This document shows, piece after piece, positions 47,145 through 60,439 of a stretch of 64,000 nt of DNA. Source of the DNA: Selaginella moellendorffii (lineage: Eukaryota > Plantae > Lycopodiophyta); the NCBI RefSeq assembly GCF_000143415.4, contig NW_003314326.1, forward strand, positions 248,001 to 312,000. The letters run 5' to 3'. Each line of letters starts with the position of its first letter. The first letter of the stretch is position 1. Under the pieces are notes generated by a model. That model had not been told where the DNA came from. It worked only from the letters and a program-made list of their open reading frames with translations, and did not search any database. A program made the translations under genes and the position numbers.

Positions 47145-47544
47145 CTAATACTATTTAAACCCAAGGATATTTAAACTCAAATATTCCAAGACCCTTAGCC
47201 AATTGGAAAAGAGGGTGCACTCTTGTTTATGAGCCCTTTCCCTCTATATTTGATCGTCTCTTGAGTCGTTCCTTGAGTCATTCCTTTTGGTTACTTATAA
47301 TCCACCACGCTTTTTTGTAAGTTCAACAAAGTCAAACCTGAGACCTACTCTAATACCAAATGTAAGCTCATGAATTTGGACTTCTTGGGAGGTTACCCAA
47401 CCCAGTTCTATTTAAACCTAAGAACGCTTAACTCTGAATATTCCAAGACCCTTAATCAATTGTAAAAGAGGGTGCACTCTTGTTCATGGGCCTTTTCCCT
47501 CTATATTTGATCGTTTCTTGAGTCATTCCTTTTGGTTACTTACA
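47145..47544 (-). mobile_element. Very small TRIM (184 bp LTR, 61 bp interior), left LTR truncated
   Basis: LTR 47361-47544 (TG...CA), second copy ending at 47299, PBS-like TGGTATTAGAG at 47348-47358 (minus) and a purine-rich tract adjacent to the left LTR. Confidence 0.82.
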
Positions 47545-50500
47545 GGAACTAAGTGAGATTCTAGATGAGTGTTCTACATGCAACAAAAGGACAGGTGGAC
47601 AAATGGCTAGTCTTGGGGGATTTCAACATGGTAGAAGACACTTGTGACTACAGGGGAATGCAAGAAACACTCCAGAGACGTGCAGAAGCAATGGAGTGAG
47701 CTCGTAAATGCCTTAGGTATCATGGACCTTCAGCATGTTGAAGAGTTTGCATCACATGCTCATCCATTCATAAGACAATAGACAATGGCTTCCCAATTGA
47801 GATTGGATTAGGTGTATATGGCAGAGGCCTAAGAACATGGCTAGGATTTGCCTCCTTCTCAAACCACGACCCCCTTCAATGCATAATCAAGCTCTAGTGA
47901 AATAAAAGGACAATAGTTCAACGAGCAATCACTAGAGGGATGCTATTAGATAATGTGGCAGTTGACTGGGTACGGGAAACCCTTGGGGATGACAAGCTAG
48001 TGTTGGTCTTGATGCTCCAAACTTGTCTTCAGATGCGATAAAAGGAGCTTAAAGGAGAAGTGTTGAAAGAAGTGAGACTGGCCAGGCAAAAGGTAGTAGT
48101 GGCTCACCAAATGTTTCTGAGCACTCAGAACCTAGACAAGTGGCAGGCACTACTAGATGAACAAAAGGCTAAATTATAAGACTTAGAGCATACAACATGG
48201 AGTACTTGTGTTTGGACAATAGAGGATAGTTAGGCTTTGAATGAATGCCTTCTCAACAAGGCATTCTTCAAGGGCATTAGGCCTATCACTGATTCTCCTC
48301 CCATCTTGGGCTTGAAAAGTGGGGATGAGAGGATTGTTGAAGAACAACAAAGGATGCAATAGCTCACATAGAAGTTCTACCAAGTACTATATATGGCTCA
48401 GCCATAGAATATAGCATGGGAGCATGCAATAGAGGAAGTGCTATCATCCCTCCCTCAACAGTCCCTCAGGATTGGTGTGACACATTGAGGATGGATTTTA
48501 TGTTGGAGGAGCTTTGGGAAGCACCCAAGAAATTGAGTAACAACAAGATGCCAGGCATTGATGGCCTCTTGCCCATTTTCTTTGAGACACACTGGGGAGT
48601 CATTGGCCCTTTGCTGCATCAGGTGTGGAAGGATGCCTAGTATGATGGGGCCATGCCCAGCAAGATTCTAGAGGGCCAAATTGTGCTTATCCTGAAGAGG
48701 GGGGACTTCCAAGAGTTAAGGAACTAAAGGCCTATCACCATGCTTAACATATTTTACAAGGTCTATGTGAATGTGATGGCTCTCAAGATCCAATCAGTCA
48801 TGCCATTGATCATTCAGGAACAACAAATGGGCTTTGTCCCAACGTGTCAAATCACAGAGAATATCTGGTCGTATTTGTTGGCTTAGAAATGGGCAAAGAT
48901 CTCTAACCAACAAATCATAACTTGGCTGCTAAATTTTGAAAAGGCATACAATCGAGTGGATTGGAGGTTTTTAGAAGAATGGATGCACATGATAGGCATC
49001 TTGAGGGAGATGGTTGCACTTATCTCATTACTGTACTGAGGAGCAGCAAGTAAAGTCACAATCAGTGGTGAGATAGGACCAAGCTTTCAACTGGGAAGAT
49101 CAGTTTGGCAGGTGTCCATTGTCACTATCTATTTCTAATTGTGGTCGAAGCCTTGGGCACATTTCTAGGGGAGGGTTGAAGCATCAAAAGATTTGTCTTG
49201 CTGACCGAGAGATAGCAACTCTAGGCATGGCAAGAGTGACCTAGGACTTTTGGATAGGGCTTTTGCAAAGGATACAACCATGTTTCTTCTTGCAACTAAG
49301 AAGAATCTGGACGAGGCTAAGAGGGTGTTGGAAATGTTCAACCTCACTACTGGAGCTGCGATCAACTGGAACAAATTGGGGGTGATCAGGCATTGAGTCT
49401 TGGGGCCAAGACATCAGCTTCTAGTGGGTAAAACTAAAAGAAGATACCAAATACCTGAGGATCTAGGTTGGTACTAGGTTTAGCACAATGTTTCAGGATA
49501 ACTTCAGGTTGTTACAAGGTTTAGATGTCGCAAATGTGGGGCAACACCTATGTGTCAAGCATGTTAGAATGCAAAAATGTATTATTTTCTTTCACAGGAT
49601 GGATGTTTAGGTAGAGTAGTAGTGCATATTAGATACCACAAACATGTAATAGAGGAAGGAATTTTCCATGATTCTTTTCACAATTTGAAAACTACTATTA
49701 CTATAGAGGTTAGGAAAAAAAGTGCCACAACTCCAAAGTGTGTTCAATAGTCTGTACTAAAGGATTATATGGTGGACATGTTGCTATAGGCTAATAGCAA
49801 AAGAGAGTTCACAGAGAACATCTTGAAGGACTTGCTTCGCAATATAAAACCCATACAAATTTAAAATTCCATACCGATTTACAACTTGACTATAGCTATA
49901 GTTGAATTCAAGGTCTAAGATTTCTAAACTCAAACCACCTTTTGAACATATATGTCTGAGGTTGAATAGTGAACAGGGAAGAAACCCAACTTCTGCGGTT
50001 TTATAGCATATATTGCTAATGCTAACTAGTTGGCTATATGACAAGTATTTAGAGGTGATAAAAGTCAGTTGTTACAAGGTAGAGAGAAGAGTTGTGAGTT
50101 TTATTGGGCAAAAAGTGTCAATGAATATTGCTGATATATCAAGTTTAACTTCCATCACAAGTTGAAAAAACTTTATCGAGAATGAATAGATGCACTAACT
50201 AAAGAGGAGCATGAAGCAAAGGCAAATAAGATGTGCATATGGTGGCATGAAGGAGACAAAGTGCCAATTGAAGAACTTCCACAAATGGAATATTGGCTTG
50301 CATGGTGGGAAGTTCGAATATTTCAATAAGGCCATTATATTCTTTATGCAAGTTTTTTCTATAAGTTATGGAGCAAGTTCCCAATAAGTCAAGAGACACT
50401 AGGCCAGGCTAAGGATTGGCTGAACCAACCAATGTTATTCAACAATCTTTTCAAAATGGATGACAAGACATTGGGCAGAGAAGAACATTACATATTATGG

Positions 50501-50918
50501 AAAAAGCTGCATGTAGAAGGTTTTCAAACTCTCAAGCAACTAATGGGGGTGTTGGACAGAGACGTGAGGAAGACAATAAAGCATATATAAGTTTTCAACC
50601 TAGGATAGTGGAGGAAGGTTCATCTAGATCTTCTTTATATTATTTCAGCAGTGAGCAAGGTGAAGAAAGGGTTATCTTGGCCTAAGCAGAACTTTGTAGT
50701 AGTGCAACGTGAAGTGGAATTAGATTGAGAATGAGTGCAACTGAGGGCTAGACACAAGTATTCATAGCCCCTTACTTAAGTGTTCTTGGGTTTAAGTAGT
50801 ACTAAATTGGGTGACTTGTTGAAAAGTCCAAATTCAAGAGCTCACAAAGTGGTGAAATTGACAATCAGAAGAACTAGCTTAAGTGTACTATTAAGTGAGG
50901 GGATGCTTCTAAGGTCAT

Positions 50919-51870
50919 TATAAATGACTAAATTTCCCACTCTACTTTAATCATTTAACCACATTTTTGACTATTTAGAGGAGTTTCACTCATAATCTTA
51001 GTCTTCATCCCAACTTGGGGTATTTGCTAGCCTCTATAAGTGATCTCAAAGGTATATCAACTTCACACTTAATCTATATATTCCATAAATCCAATCCTAT
51101 TTCAAATACCCAAAAGTAATATTGATGTACCAACTTCTATGCTAATACCATATTCATTCTCATTGTCTTATTAGTAGTCTAAGATTATCAATGCCATGGT
51201 CATGTCTCTCCAAGACTATAGATTATCTATCTATAAGTGGTCATCCTATGACCACTCATTAGTATCTTTATGATGTCTCAAAATATAAAAGAACTATAAG
51301 TTCATAAATTTGGACTTGAGCCCAATACTATTCAAATTTAAGGACACTTAACCCAAAGTATCTCAAAACCCTTAAACGATTGAAAAAAGGAGGTGCATTT
51401 TTATTTATAGGCCATTTCTTTTTATATTTGAACCCTTATAAGTCATATTTTAAGTCATTCCCTTTGGTTATTTATAAGAACACTATTATATATCCTTTTT
51501 TTCAATCCTCATAAAGTCTTTTTCTATCCATAGTAGTGCTTACTAACACTACCACTAGGACAAAGCCCAAAAGCTTATCCACTAGATCACATTAACCCCT
51601 AGGACTTCCTCATAAGCAAAAGGATCAATCCTTTTTCATTTCACCATTAGGGATTTTAAAATGACATTTCAAAACACCATAGCCTAATGCAAACCTTGTG
51701 GGTACTCTCCCCAACTTCTACCACTAGAGTGCTTTAGCCACATAGCTAAAGCAAGGTTTTGATGAGCCACATAAGTAGGTAGTATTTTCTACACTTGGAT
51801 TGGGAGCATTGACATCTCCAACAAAAATTGAAGGTAGCACTTGAATAATTTATTAAGTCACTCCACTTAT
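50919..51870 (-). mobile_element. Old, partial copy of the array-bearing LTR family, interrupted by a solo LTR of the small TRIM (51295-51476, TSD AGAAC)
   Basis: Colinear but heavily C>T/G>A decayed match to 52739-53530. AGAAC flanks the 182 bp insert. Confidence 0.75.
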
Positions 51871-51929
51871 CTGTCCATGCATTGAAGTTGGTGTAGGCTA
51901 ATTCTCCACTACAGCCACCTTCCTTGAAT

Positions 51930-54900
51930 CTGTCTTGACACTTTTAGATGTAACAATATAGCCTAGATATTCCAGTTGAGTTATACAGCTTTCTTAGTAT
52001 GGCTAGTTATTACCGACATTACTAACATAAATCTGTGGAGGTGGTTATTCCTTTGACACAGTTGTTATGCAAGAATGTGCCATTTGAGTGGAAGAAGCCA
52101 CAAGAAGAAAGTTTTTTGGTTCTAAAACAATTGTTAAGCAAGACTCTAGTGCTTTGAATTGCTAATCTATCAAAATCTTATAAAGTGATATACGATGCAA
52201 GTGGTATGCATTGGAAGAAGTTTTTATGCAAAAGGGACAGCCTATTGCATATAAAAGTCGAACTTTGAATCCCGTAGAATAATGTTATTCCACATATGAA
52301 CAAGAGTTACTTTTGATTGTTCATGCTTTACAGATGTGGCAGCACTATCTTTATGATGCAATGTTCATGATATTAACAGATCACAAACCACTTATGTATC
52401 TTTTTACACAAAAGGAGTTGAACACTAGGTAAGTTCGTTGGATGGTCAAACTCATAGAGTTTAGGGAGTTTCCTATTGAGCATCTTCTAGGAAAATCAAA
52501 TATGGTGGCAGATGCTTTATCTTGTGTTTGTCATGTGATGGCATTACAAACACGTTTTTGTCATCATTTGAGTAAGGTGGTCAATGACTTTGGGTAGTTG
52601 GTTAAGCGTGCTCAAGCTAAAAATGCTGAGGTGGCCTCTTTGCACGACCAAATGGAAGCCCCTTTCTCATTAGTGGATGGGATTCTCTACTACAATAGCT
52701 ATGTATATTTGCTATGGACGGATGCGTTAATTACTCAATGTAAACGACTAATTTTTCCATTTTACTTTAGTCACTTAACCGCACCTTCGACCACTTGGAG
52801 GAGTCTCATTCACAACCTCCATAAGTCCCTCTCAGGACTTGGGGCTTGCTAGCCCCGAGAATGGCATCCATGCCACTCCACCTTTGCACTTGGTCCAAGT
52901 GCTCCACGTGTCCGGTCCGATGACCGACACCCCAAGGTACCCCCGAGATATTGGCCCGTTACGCTAAGGCCATGCCCATTCACCTTGGTCACACCTTTGG
53001 TCTAATGCCACCGGCATCATAGTCCCGTTTCTCAAAGACTGTGCCATCTGTCCATGAGTGATCATCCCAGATCCACTCCTTAGCATCCCTAGGATGCCCA
53101 CAGGTATGGGGAATAGCCTTCCCCGACATCTCTTTTCCAGTCCCCACCAAGTCCCTTCTCGTCCATGGCCGTGTTCGCCAACACTGCCACTGGATCAAGG
53201 CCCGCAGGCCCGACCACTAAGTCCCACTATCCTTTGGGACTTCCTCACCATGTGACCGTATCCTTGGTCACTGCATTAGAGGCCTACTCCTCTTCCCTTT
53301 CACTGTTTGGGACTTTGGGACAACATTTCGGAACACCGTGGCCTTACGCAAGCCTCATGGGTACTCTCCCCGCCTTTCGCCTTTAGGTGCTCTAGCCATG
53401 GGCTTAGAGCGAGGTTCCGTTGAGCCACGACAGGTATCCAAGTAGGTAGTGCCACCCACACTTGGACTGGGAGCATCGGCCAGTCGATCTCCCGGGGGAA
53501 CTAGAGCCGGCTCTTGAACACTTCACCAAGCTACCCCGCTTGTCGGTCCGTGTTCACTCTAGTCTCGGACTTCCCAGTGGGCAGCTCATCACCCAACACT
53601 GGGTCCGACCTTCCTGGGCCAAACTGGCCTTTCCTGGCCAAACTTGCTCCACTGCAGTCCTCCCCCTTACTATACTTTTGGAGCTCACCAAACCCCCTAG
53701 GGTCTGGGAGACGAACGCTTTGGGCTTTCACCCTCTCAGGCTCCGGACTCGGACTCGGACTCGGACTCGGACTCGGACTCGGACTCAGCCTCGGACTCGG
53801 ACTTGGGCTCGGCCTCGGTCTCGGTCTCGGTCCCGATCTTGGTCTCAGTCTCGGTCCCGGTCTCGGTCTCGGTCCCGGTTTCGACTTTGGACTCCATCTC
53901 GGGTCCATCTCAGACTCCATCTCGGACTCCATCTCGGGTCCATCTCGGACTCCATCTCGGACTCCACCTCGGACTCCATCTCGGGTCCATCTCGGGTCCC
54001 ATCTCGGGTCCATCTTGGGTCCATCTCGGGTCCATCTCGGACTCCATCTCGGACTCCATCACGGACTCCATCTCGAACTCCATCTCGGACTCCATCTCGG
54101 ACTCCATCTCGGGTCCATCTCGGACTCCATCTCGGACTCCACCTCGGACTCCATCTCGGGTCCATCTCGGGTCCCATCTCGGACTCCATCTCGGACTCCA
54201 TCTCGGACTCCATCTCGGACTCCACCTCGAACTCCATCTCGGGTCCATCTCGGACTCCACCTCGGACTCCATCTCGGGTCCATCTCGGGTCCCATCTCGG
54301 GTCCCATCTCGGGCCCATCTCGGGTCCCTTTTTGGAGCCTCGCTTATTGCTCTCTTTGTGCTTGTTCCTCGAGCCCTTCGTTAGGAGTCCACTCCCGCCC
54401 TTGACCTTTCAAGGCGGAGCTTTTAGTCCAAACGTGTTATGCTTGTTTGGCTTTCACTTCGGCCACTACCACGTGGCGCCCCTCCGGCTCCACTTTGGGG
54501 CCTAGGGATTTTGTGTCTCACACTCAAGTTTTATTCCACTATCATGATCGTCCAAAGGCTGGTCATTTTGGGGGGAAGAAAACGTATGAGTTGATTAAGC
54601 ACAATTTTTATTGGAGGAATATGAAGGATAATATCCTTGAGTATTGTAAATCATGCAAGCTTTGTCAACGAGTAAAGATGCCATGAGAGAAACTGAGGGG
54701 ACTTTTGCAACCTTTACCTATTCCTTAGAGTCATTAGTGTAGTATCTCTATAGACTTTATCACTTTTTTGCTATGCACACAAAGGTAAAAAGACCAAGTA
54801 TAAGTTATAGTGGATTGGTTGACAAAGTATGTGCAGTTGTTGGCTCTTTGGAAGACTGTCACTGCCTCAAACTTAGCTACAGTCTACCTTAAGAAGGTTT

Positions 54901-55560
54901 TTCCTGATTTTGTTTTGCCAGAGGATATCATTAGTGATTGAGATTCAAAGTTCACAAGTGGATTTTGGAAGAGCTTTGTGAAGACTATGCAAGTGAGTTT
55001 GAAACTCTTGAGTGAAGGTCATCCTCAGATATATAGGCAAATCGAGCATATGAATCAGGTGGTGGAGGATATACTACATTATAACATTGATCAAAAGTAG
55101 GGACAATAGGATCTATATCTAGCGATGGAATTAGGATTGCATTTGAGTAAAGATGTTCAAGATAATTTTGATTCTAAGGCAATTGATCTAGCCATAAAAC
55201 TTGATGAGATTCTAGTAGTGTGTAAATGAAATTTGTAAGTAGCTCAAGATAGAGCAGAGAAGTTTGCTAATGAGCACTGCCAATTCCGGGAATATAAGGT
55301 GGGTGATCTCGTCTTTGTGCGAGTGATTTTTCCGTGAAGTGAGTAGTAAAACACCTTCGTGCTTTTACAGACAGGGAAGAGTGACAAACTTTCCCATCGA
55401 TATGTTGGTCTATATGAAGTGCTAAAGCACATTGGTAAAGCAATTTATCGAGTGCAACTGCCAATTAGGATGAAAATTCATCTAATATTTTATGTCAGCC
55501 AATTGAAAGGTGTATTATCTCAAAGTGACGGGCCCAATGCCTCCTTGATGTATACGGCTA
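51930..55560 (+). mobile_element. Decayed Ty3/gypsy pol (RT end, RNase H, integrase), interrupted by a solo LTR
   Basis: LEYLGY, YDASG, YEQELLLIVHALQMWQHYL, TDHKPL and HDRPKAGHFGGKKT...CKSCKLCQRVK. Confidence 0.85.
52739..54522 (-). mobile_element. Solo LTR of the array-bearing family; TSD CTCAA
   Basis: TG...CA ends, CTCAA at 52734-52738 and 54523-54527, array at ~53742-54328. Confidence 0.93.
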
Positions 55561-56949
55561 TGGAAGATGGACTAAGAGCTTGAGTAGGGTTCCCCAGAAA
55601 GGGTGATCACTAATACAACTCGTCATTAGAACAAGGACTTTGTTGGGGGGGGGGAAGAATTTTTAGGCACCAGCTTTGACCACATGGTTAATGTCAGTCA
55701 AAGGGAGGCTCAAGGGTATATTAAGGTATGTTAGGGTAAGGGACTTAACTTACTGTAGGAGTGGAGCTTTTGAAGTAGCTCGGGGGTGGTTGGGTGGTGA
55801 GGAACCTCAAGAGGAGGTGTAATGTACTCTAGAAAGACTAAATCTTTGTTTTTTTGCACCAAATCATAATAGCCTTAACATAGATCATCTTACAAGAGTG
55901 AATTGGCCCAAGGATGACACTCAATCCCACACTAGAAGCCCATGATAACCTCACTCAACCTCTCCAGAAGGCAATCCAAAGAAGAAAAGGAAGACAAATG
56001 ATGGAACTTCCACCAACCCAGTAAATGAGGAGAATGATCTCTACTACGAGGAGGAGAATTGAAAATTGTTAAGCATTTTCTCCTAACTGTCCCAATTTCC
56101 AAAAGACATGCTTGATAAGGAATGGCACCTATCACCTAGTTAGAAGCTGATTGTGGAGATACTTAAGTGTATGAGAATGTATGAGGAAGTCTATAAATTA
56201 GGTCATCTATTGTGGCATATGCCCACATTCATGATGTGCATCAAAAGAAACTCAATCCTAATAGCAAGAAATGTTTCTTCTTGGGGTACCATGATCAAAT
56301 GAAGGCTTACAGCCTTTACAACTTTGATTGCTAAAAGCTCATGATAAGCCATGATGTAGTCTTCTCTATCGCCATAAATAAAGTAAGGTGGTGGATCTTT
56401 CACTTATCCTAGACAACATTCCTAAGCCCTTGGCACTACCCATTTCTCTAGCTCAAGGAGGAGTGCCTAGTAATCAAAGAGGAGTCCTTATCAATCCAAG
56501 GGAAGCCACTATACTTCTGGGAGGAGTAACACTTTCCAATCCTAGTAACAACTTTGATGATGCTTCTTCATCTCTTGCTCCTTATGGCCCTTTTGCTACC
56601 CATTAGCCCAAAGATCATACCATCCATACTCTTGTGGAGAACATTATGGACAGTGATGAAGTTCCTCCTCCATCATATGTGGTGATGACCACTCCACCTC
56701 CTCTAGTCAGCAACTAGTGGATTGCAACATACTCTGGACAAATAATCAAGCTTTCTACAAAAGCTCAAGAAGCACAACTATAGCTCCAACTTGCACTACT
56801 CATCATGGTCCTTTCTATTGGGGCATACATGTGCTTGAACCTGATAGATTCTCACCACAGCCTCCTTTGATGTCAATCTCTTCCTCAAAATCGGCTAGGC
56901 AAGTTCTTCTCCTTCCTCTCTACTCTTGAGTGTTTTTGTTTGATGCTGC

Positions 56950-57950
56950 TCAATAGTGTCAAGCCTGATGAGATAACTTTTGGTGCTCAACAGTCCAGCA
57001 ATGCAAGAGGAGTATGATTCACTATAGAAGAATTAGACTTGGATACTGATCCTTCTTCCTCCAAGTTATAAACTCATTGCAGCCAAGTGGCAGTTTAAAT
57101 GCAAGTATAGAGCTTATGAATGTTATAAAGCACACTTTGCAGCTCATGGTTTCTCTCAAGTTCATGGGCTGGACTACACCAAAACATACAGCCTAGTGGT
57201 AAAACTCACTACCATTTGTTTGCTCTTAACCCTAGCTATAGAGTTTGATTTGGAGCTTCATCAATTTGATGTGAGATCTGTGTCTCTCAATAGTGACCTG
57301 CACAAAGAGGTCTACATTGCTCAACCTACCAACTTTGTGTGTGTTGGGCAATCTATATGGCATTAAACAATTGCCTCACATGTGGCACAACAAAATTGAT
57401 TCTTATCTAATTGCTTGGCTTTATGTGTAGCACAATAGACACAAATCTCTACATATACAAGTAGGGCCATGGATTTTTCTTCCTATCTCTCTATGTAGAT
57501 GATACCATATTCACCTCCAACAAGTTTTGTCTTTTCAATCAGATCTTTCTTCTCATGGTTTGAGATGATTGATCTTGGCAATCTATACTATTTTTTGGGC
57601 ATCTAAGTTCACAAAGATAGGCAAAGTGGGATTCTAGAACTTTCTCAGGCCAAATACATCACAAAATATCCTCAAGAGGTACCCTATTACTACACCTATG
57701 GAAGTTGCCACCAAGCTTTCCAAAGTAACTCTAGATGATCTAGCTTTTGAGGAGGAGAATTAGAGGCCCTATCAACCCATTATTGGGAATTTAATCTACC
57801 TAGTGGTTTTAAACTGACCTGATCTTGCTTTCTTTATAGGTTGTGTGGCAAAGTATCCAATATTAGCTTAGTATGCAGCAACTAAATGGATCATGTAGTA
57901 TGTTTCTAGAACTTGAAACTTATCTCTACAATATTTGAAAGGCAAGAACT
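56950..57950 (+). mobile_element. Decayed Ty1/copia reverse transcriptase
   Basis: MQEEYDSL, GFSQVHGLDYTKTY, LHQFDV, EVYIAQP, LYVDD and MIDLGNLYYFLGI. Confidence 0.88.
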
Positions 57951-58199
57951 CAATGTAAGTTATAAATTTTCCTTTGCCAATTTACTTTGTCTATCTGACC
58001 ACTTTTGCCTTGGCTTTCGTTAATTTCCCTTACCAAAATTCTTTCTTATCATACCAACTTTACCTTGGTTCTACTTAAGTTCAACTTATTATTGCTAAGT
58101 AATAAAGTGTTAGCCAATTTTTCACAAGTTCTTAAACTCTCTCTTAATCCCCCTTCTCGGGTTAGATTGGATTTAAAGTTCACCTACACTCCCCACAGA

Positions 58200-58680
58200 C
58201 ACAAACAACCAAGCATACAAAGCCTCTAGGTTTCTAACATCCCATAATACAGAAGGCTTGATCATAGAACCCTCTAAATCCCAAGTCTTTGGTGCATCTC
58301 TTAGTCCAAGACACCGTGGGGAAATACCATGGCTTAACAATTAGTATAGGTACTTCAACTCCCCACCTTTATCTCGAAGGGAAGGCCCAAGCCCCTAGGA
58401 AGGGGCAAGGACAAATAAGCCTTATAGTACTTAAGTAAGGCACCAATCTACCTAAGCCAAGAGCATTGCAATTGGTTTTTTTTTTTAGAGTGGGAGCTAC
58501 TCTTGAGTACTTTTTTGAGGAGCCTTTCTAGCAATCCTTAAGCACGTACTCGCTCCCACCCAAAGCTATTAACCCCTAGTCCCAACCCCAATTTAGTTTG
58601 GAAGCACCACTGAAAAATTCCTTTAAGACTGAATCTTTAGCTTCTCTATCTCTACTATACATTTAGATGCCCCCCCCTCG
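58200..58680. mobile_element. Uninterrupted copy of the repeat split at 18637/35546 (opposite orientation); further partial copy at ~59150-59280
   Basis: Reverse-complement similarity to 18290-18637. Confidence 0.65.
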
Positions 58681-59779
58681 ACCCAATCTTGGATTTAGTC
58701 TCAGACTTAGTCTTGGACTTAGTCTCATTCAATGAAATTTTTATCATTTCAATCATAGTTTTATGGATCTTTTAGTTTATAATATCTCAGGGAGTTGGAT
58801 CCTTACAACTCTACCACATATAGAAAAAGTTTAATGCCCATATTGAACATATCTATTTAATTCTACAACTTGTTGACCATGGCCCCAAAAGCATCGCCCC
58901 ATTTAGTGATGTGCTTAAGTCAACTTTCTCAACTAGGAGCCTATAACAACGAGATATAAATATCCCTATACCCCTTTCCTTAGACTTGAATCTAACCTTG
59001 CTTTATTAGAGAGTTAGGACTTGAACACAACCTTTGTAGAATCTATCTATGGATTTAACAATAGCTCTCTATGTTTGGTTGACTTAATTAAACCTATGCT
59101 AATTAACTTACCTTCAGCACACTTTTGGAAATTAATATAGATCCATCTTCACTCCCTTCTAAGGCCACTAACCCGCAATCCCAACCTCAAATCAGTTTGA
59201 AAGCACCACTAAAGAATTCTTTCAAAACTAGTTCCTAAACTTCATTATCCCTACTATGCTTTTGGAACCCCCACCCCCCGGAAGAAAGCCACTCCATCTT
59301 TGGAACGATATACCACTTGCTTGTCACGTGCTCTGGAGCCAATGTGAAAGTTTGGAACCTTCCACATCCATCCACCAACCCTTCCAATGCGTAGAGTTCA
59401 TGGTCAAGTCTCCATACATGCTGCCTCAAAAGTCATTGCTTGTTGTGCACAAGAACTTCCACAGCATAGGCTCATAGAAGAGATAGCCGTGCAGCAGAGC
59501 TCTTGAGCTCACTCAGATGTCACCACTTCCAAAAAGTGACTCTAGTGTCCCAAGAGCCGCAGCTTTCATTGGTAGAGTGAGCTGGTTCTTGAGTCGATTC
59601 TTCCTATCTGCCAGAGTTTCTCTTACGTGAGGCCCTAGAAAAAATCCAAGAAACCGCAGAATTCCAGTAAGAACACACTGGCTGGCTCGTGTACGCCGGC
59701 AGCCCCAGAGTGTATGGTGCTGTAGCCTACTTGGACTTGGGGACCCCCTTGGTTTTGTGCCAAGGACTGTGACACTGCT

Positions 59780-59962
59780 TTTCCTTTTGACCCTTTGCCA
59801 CTCACTTTACAATTACGTGCCTTCCCTAGAAGAACAAACTCGTCAGTAAAAACCACAGTATATTTGGGTAGCTTACCCCTATTGTCTTGTTGGGATCATT
59901 GATGGCTTTCCTCACGGCCTCAACACTTTTGTACATGATGAAAGTGAATCCCTTGCTTGATC
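59780..59962 (-). pseudogene. Intron-containing RRM gene fragment (UBA2/hnRNP-like)
   Basis: SKGFTFIMYKSVEAVRKAINDPNKTIG, then a GT-AG intron at 59826-59876, then GRHVIVK*. RNP1-like KGFTFIMY. Confidence 0.65.
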
Positions 59963-60439
59963 AAAAATAGGAAACATCCATCAAACAATGAAGGAGATTT
60001 GAGTCAGGTCCACACTGCCCTTGGCAAACAGCCCCAGCCCTATACCTCACCTCCACACCTCCAGGCTCTGCCATGCCCTTGCTTGCCATCCATTCCAGAA
60101 AATCCCTAGCCACTACTTCCCTATCGATGCCTCTGGCCATGCCATTGCAGCTGCTTGTCACCAAAATCCTGCTCAGATGATTTGTGCTCCTTCCGCTAGA
60201 AAAGGGAATGCAGCCACTCGAGGATGGTGGAATTCCAGTAAGAATGCACGCATTCCTTGCTGTGTCGAGAGAGAAAGAAGAGCACAGAGATGTACAGCTT
60301 GTGTTGGGCTTGGTCTACTGAGCCTGTCCCGGCCATGCTAAATTACATAACAATTATGTGGCCCTGCAAAAGCAAAACACATGAGCGATCCCCTGTCCTT
60401 GTCACTGCTGGGTAGTGGCCGCCTCCACTCCTCCACATA

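Larger units (their letters stand above)
46560..49500 (+). mobile_element. Decayed LINE (L1-like) ORF2: APE endonuclease + RT
   Basis: IDVLCLQE, WLVLGDFNMV, NKMPGIDGL, RPITMLNIFYK, QMGFVP and LNFEKAYNRVDW, with many stops. Confidence 0.85.

Noticed and set aside
49500-50760. Possible transposase remnant
   Set aside because: Too decayed; no motif I can name.
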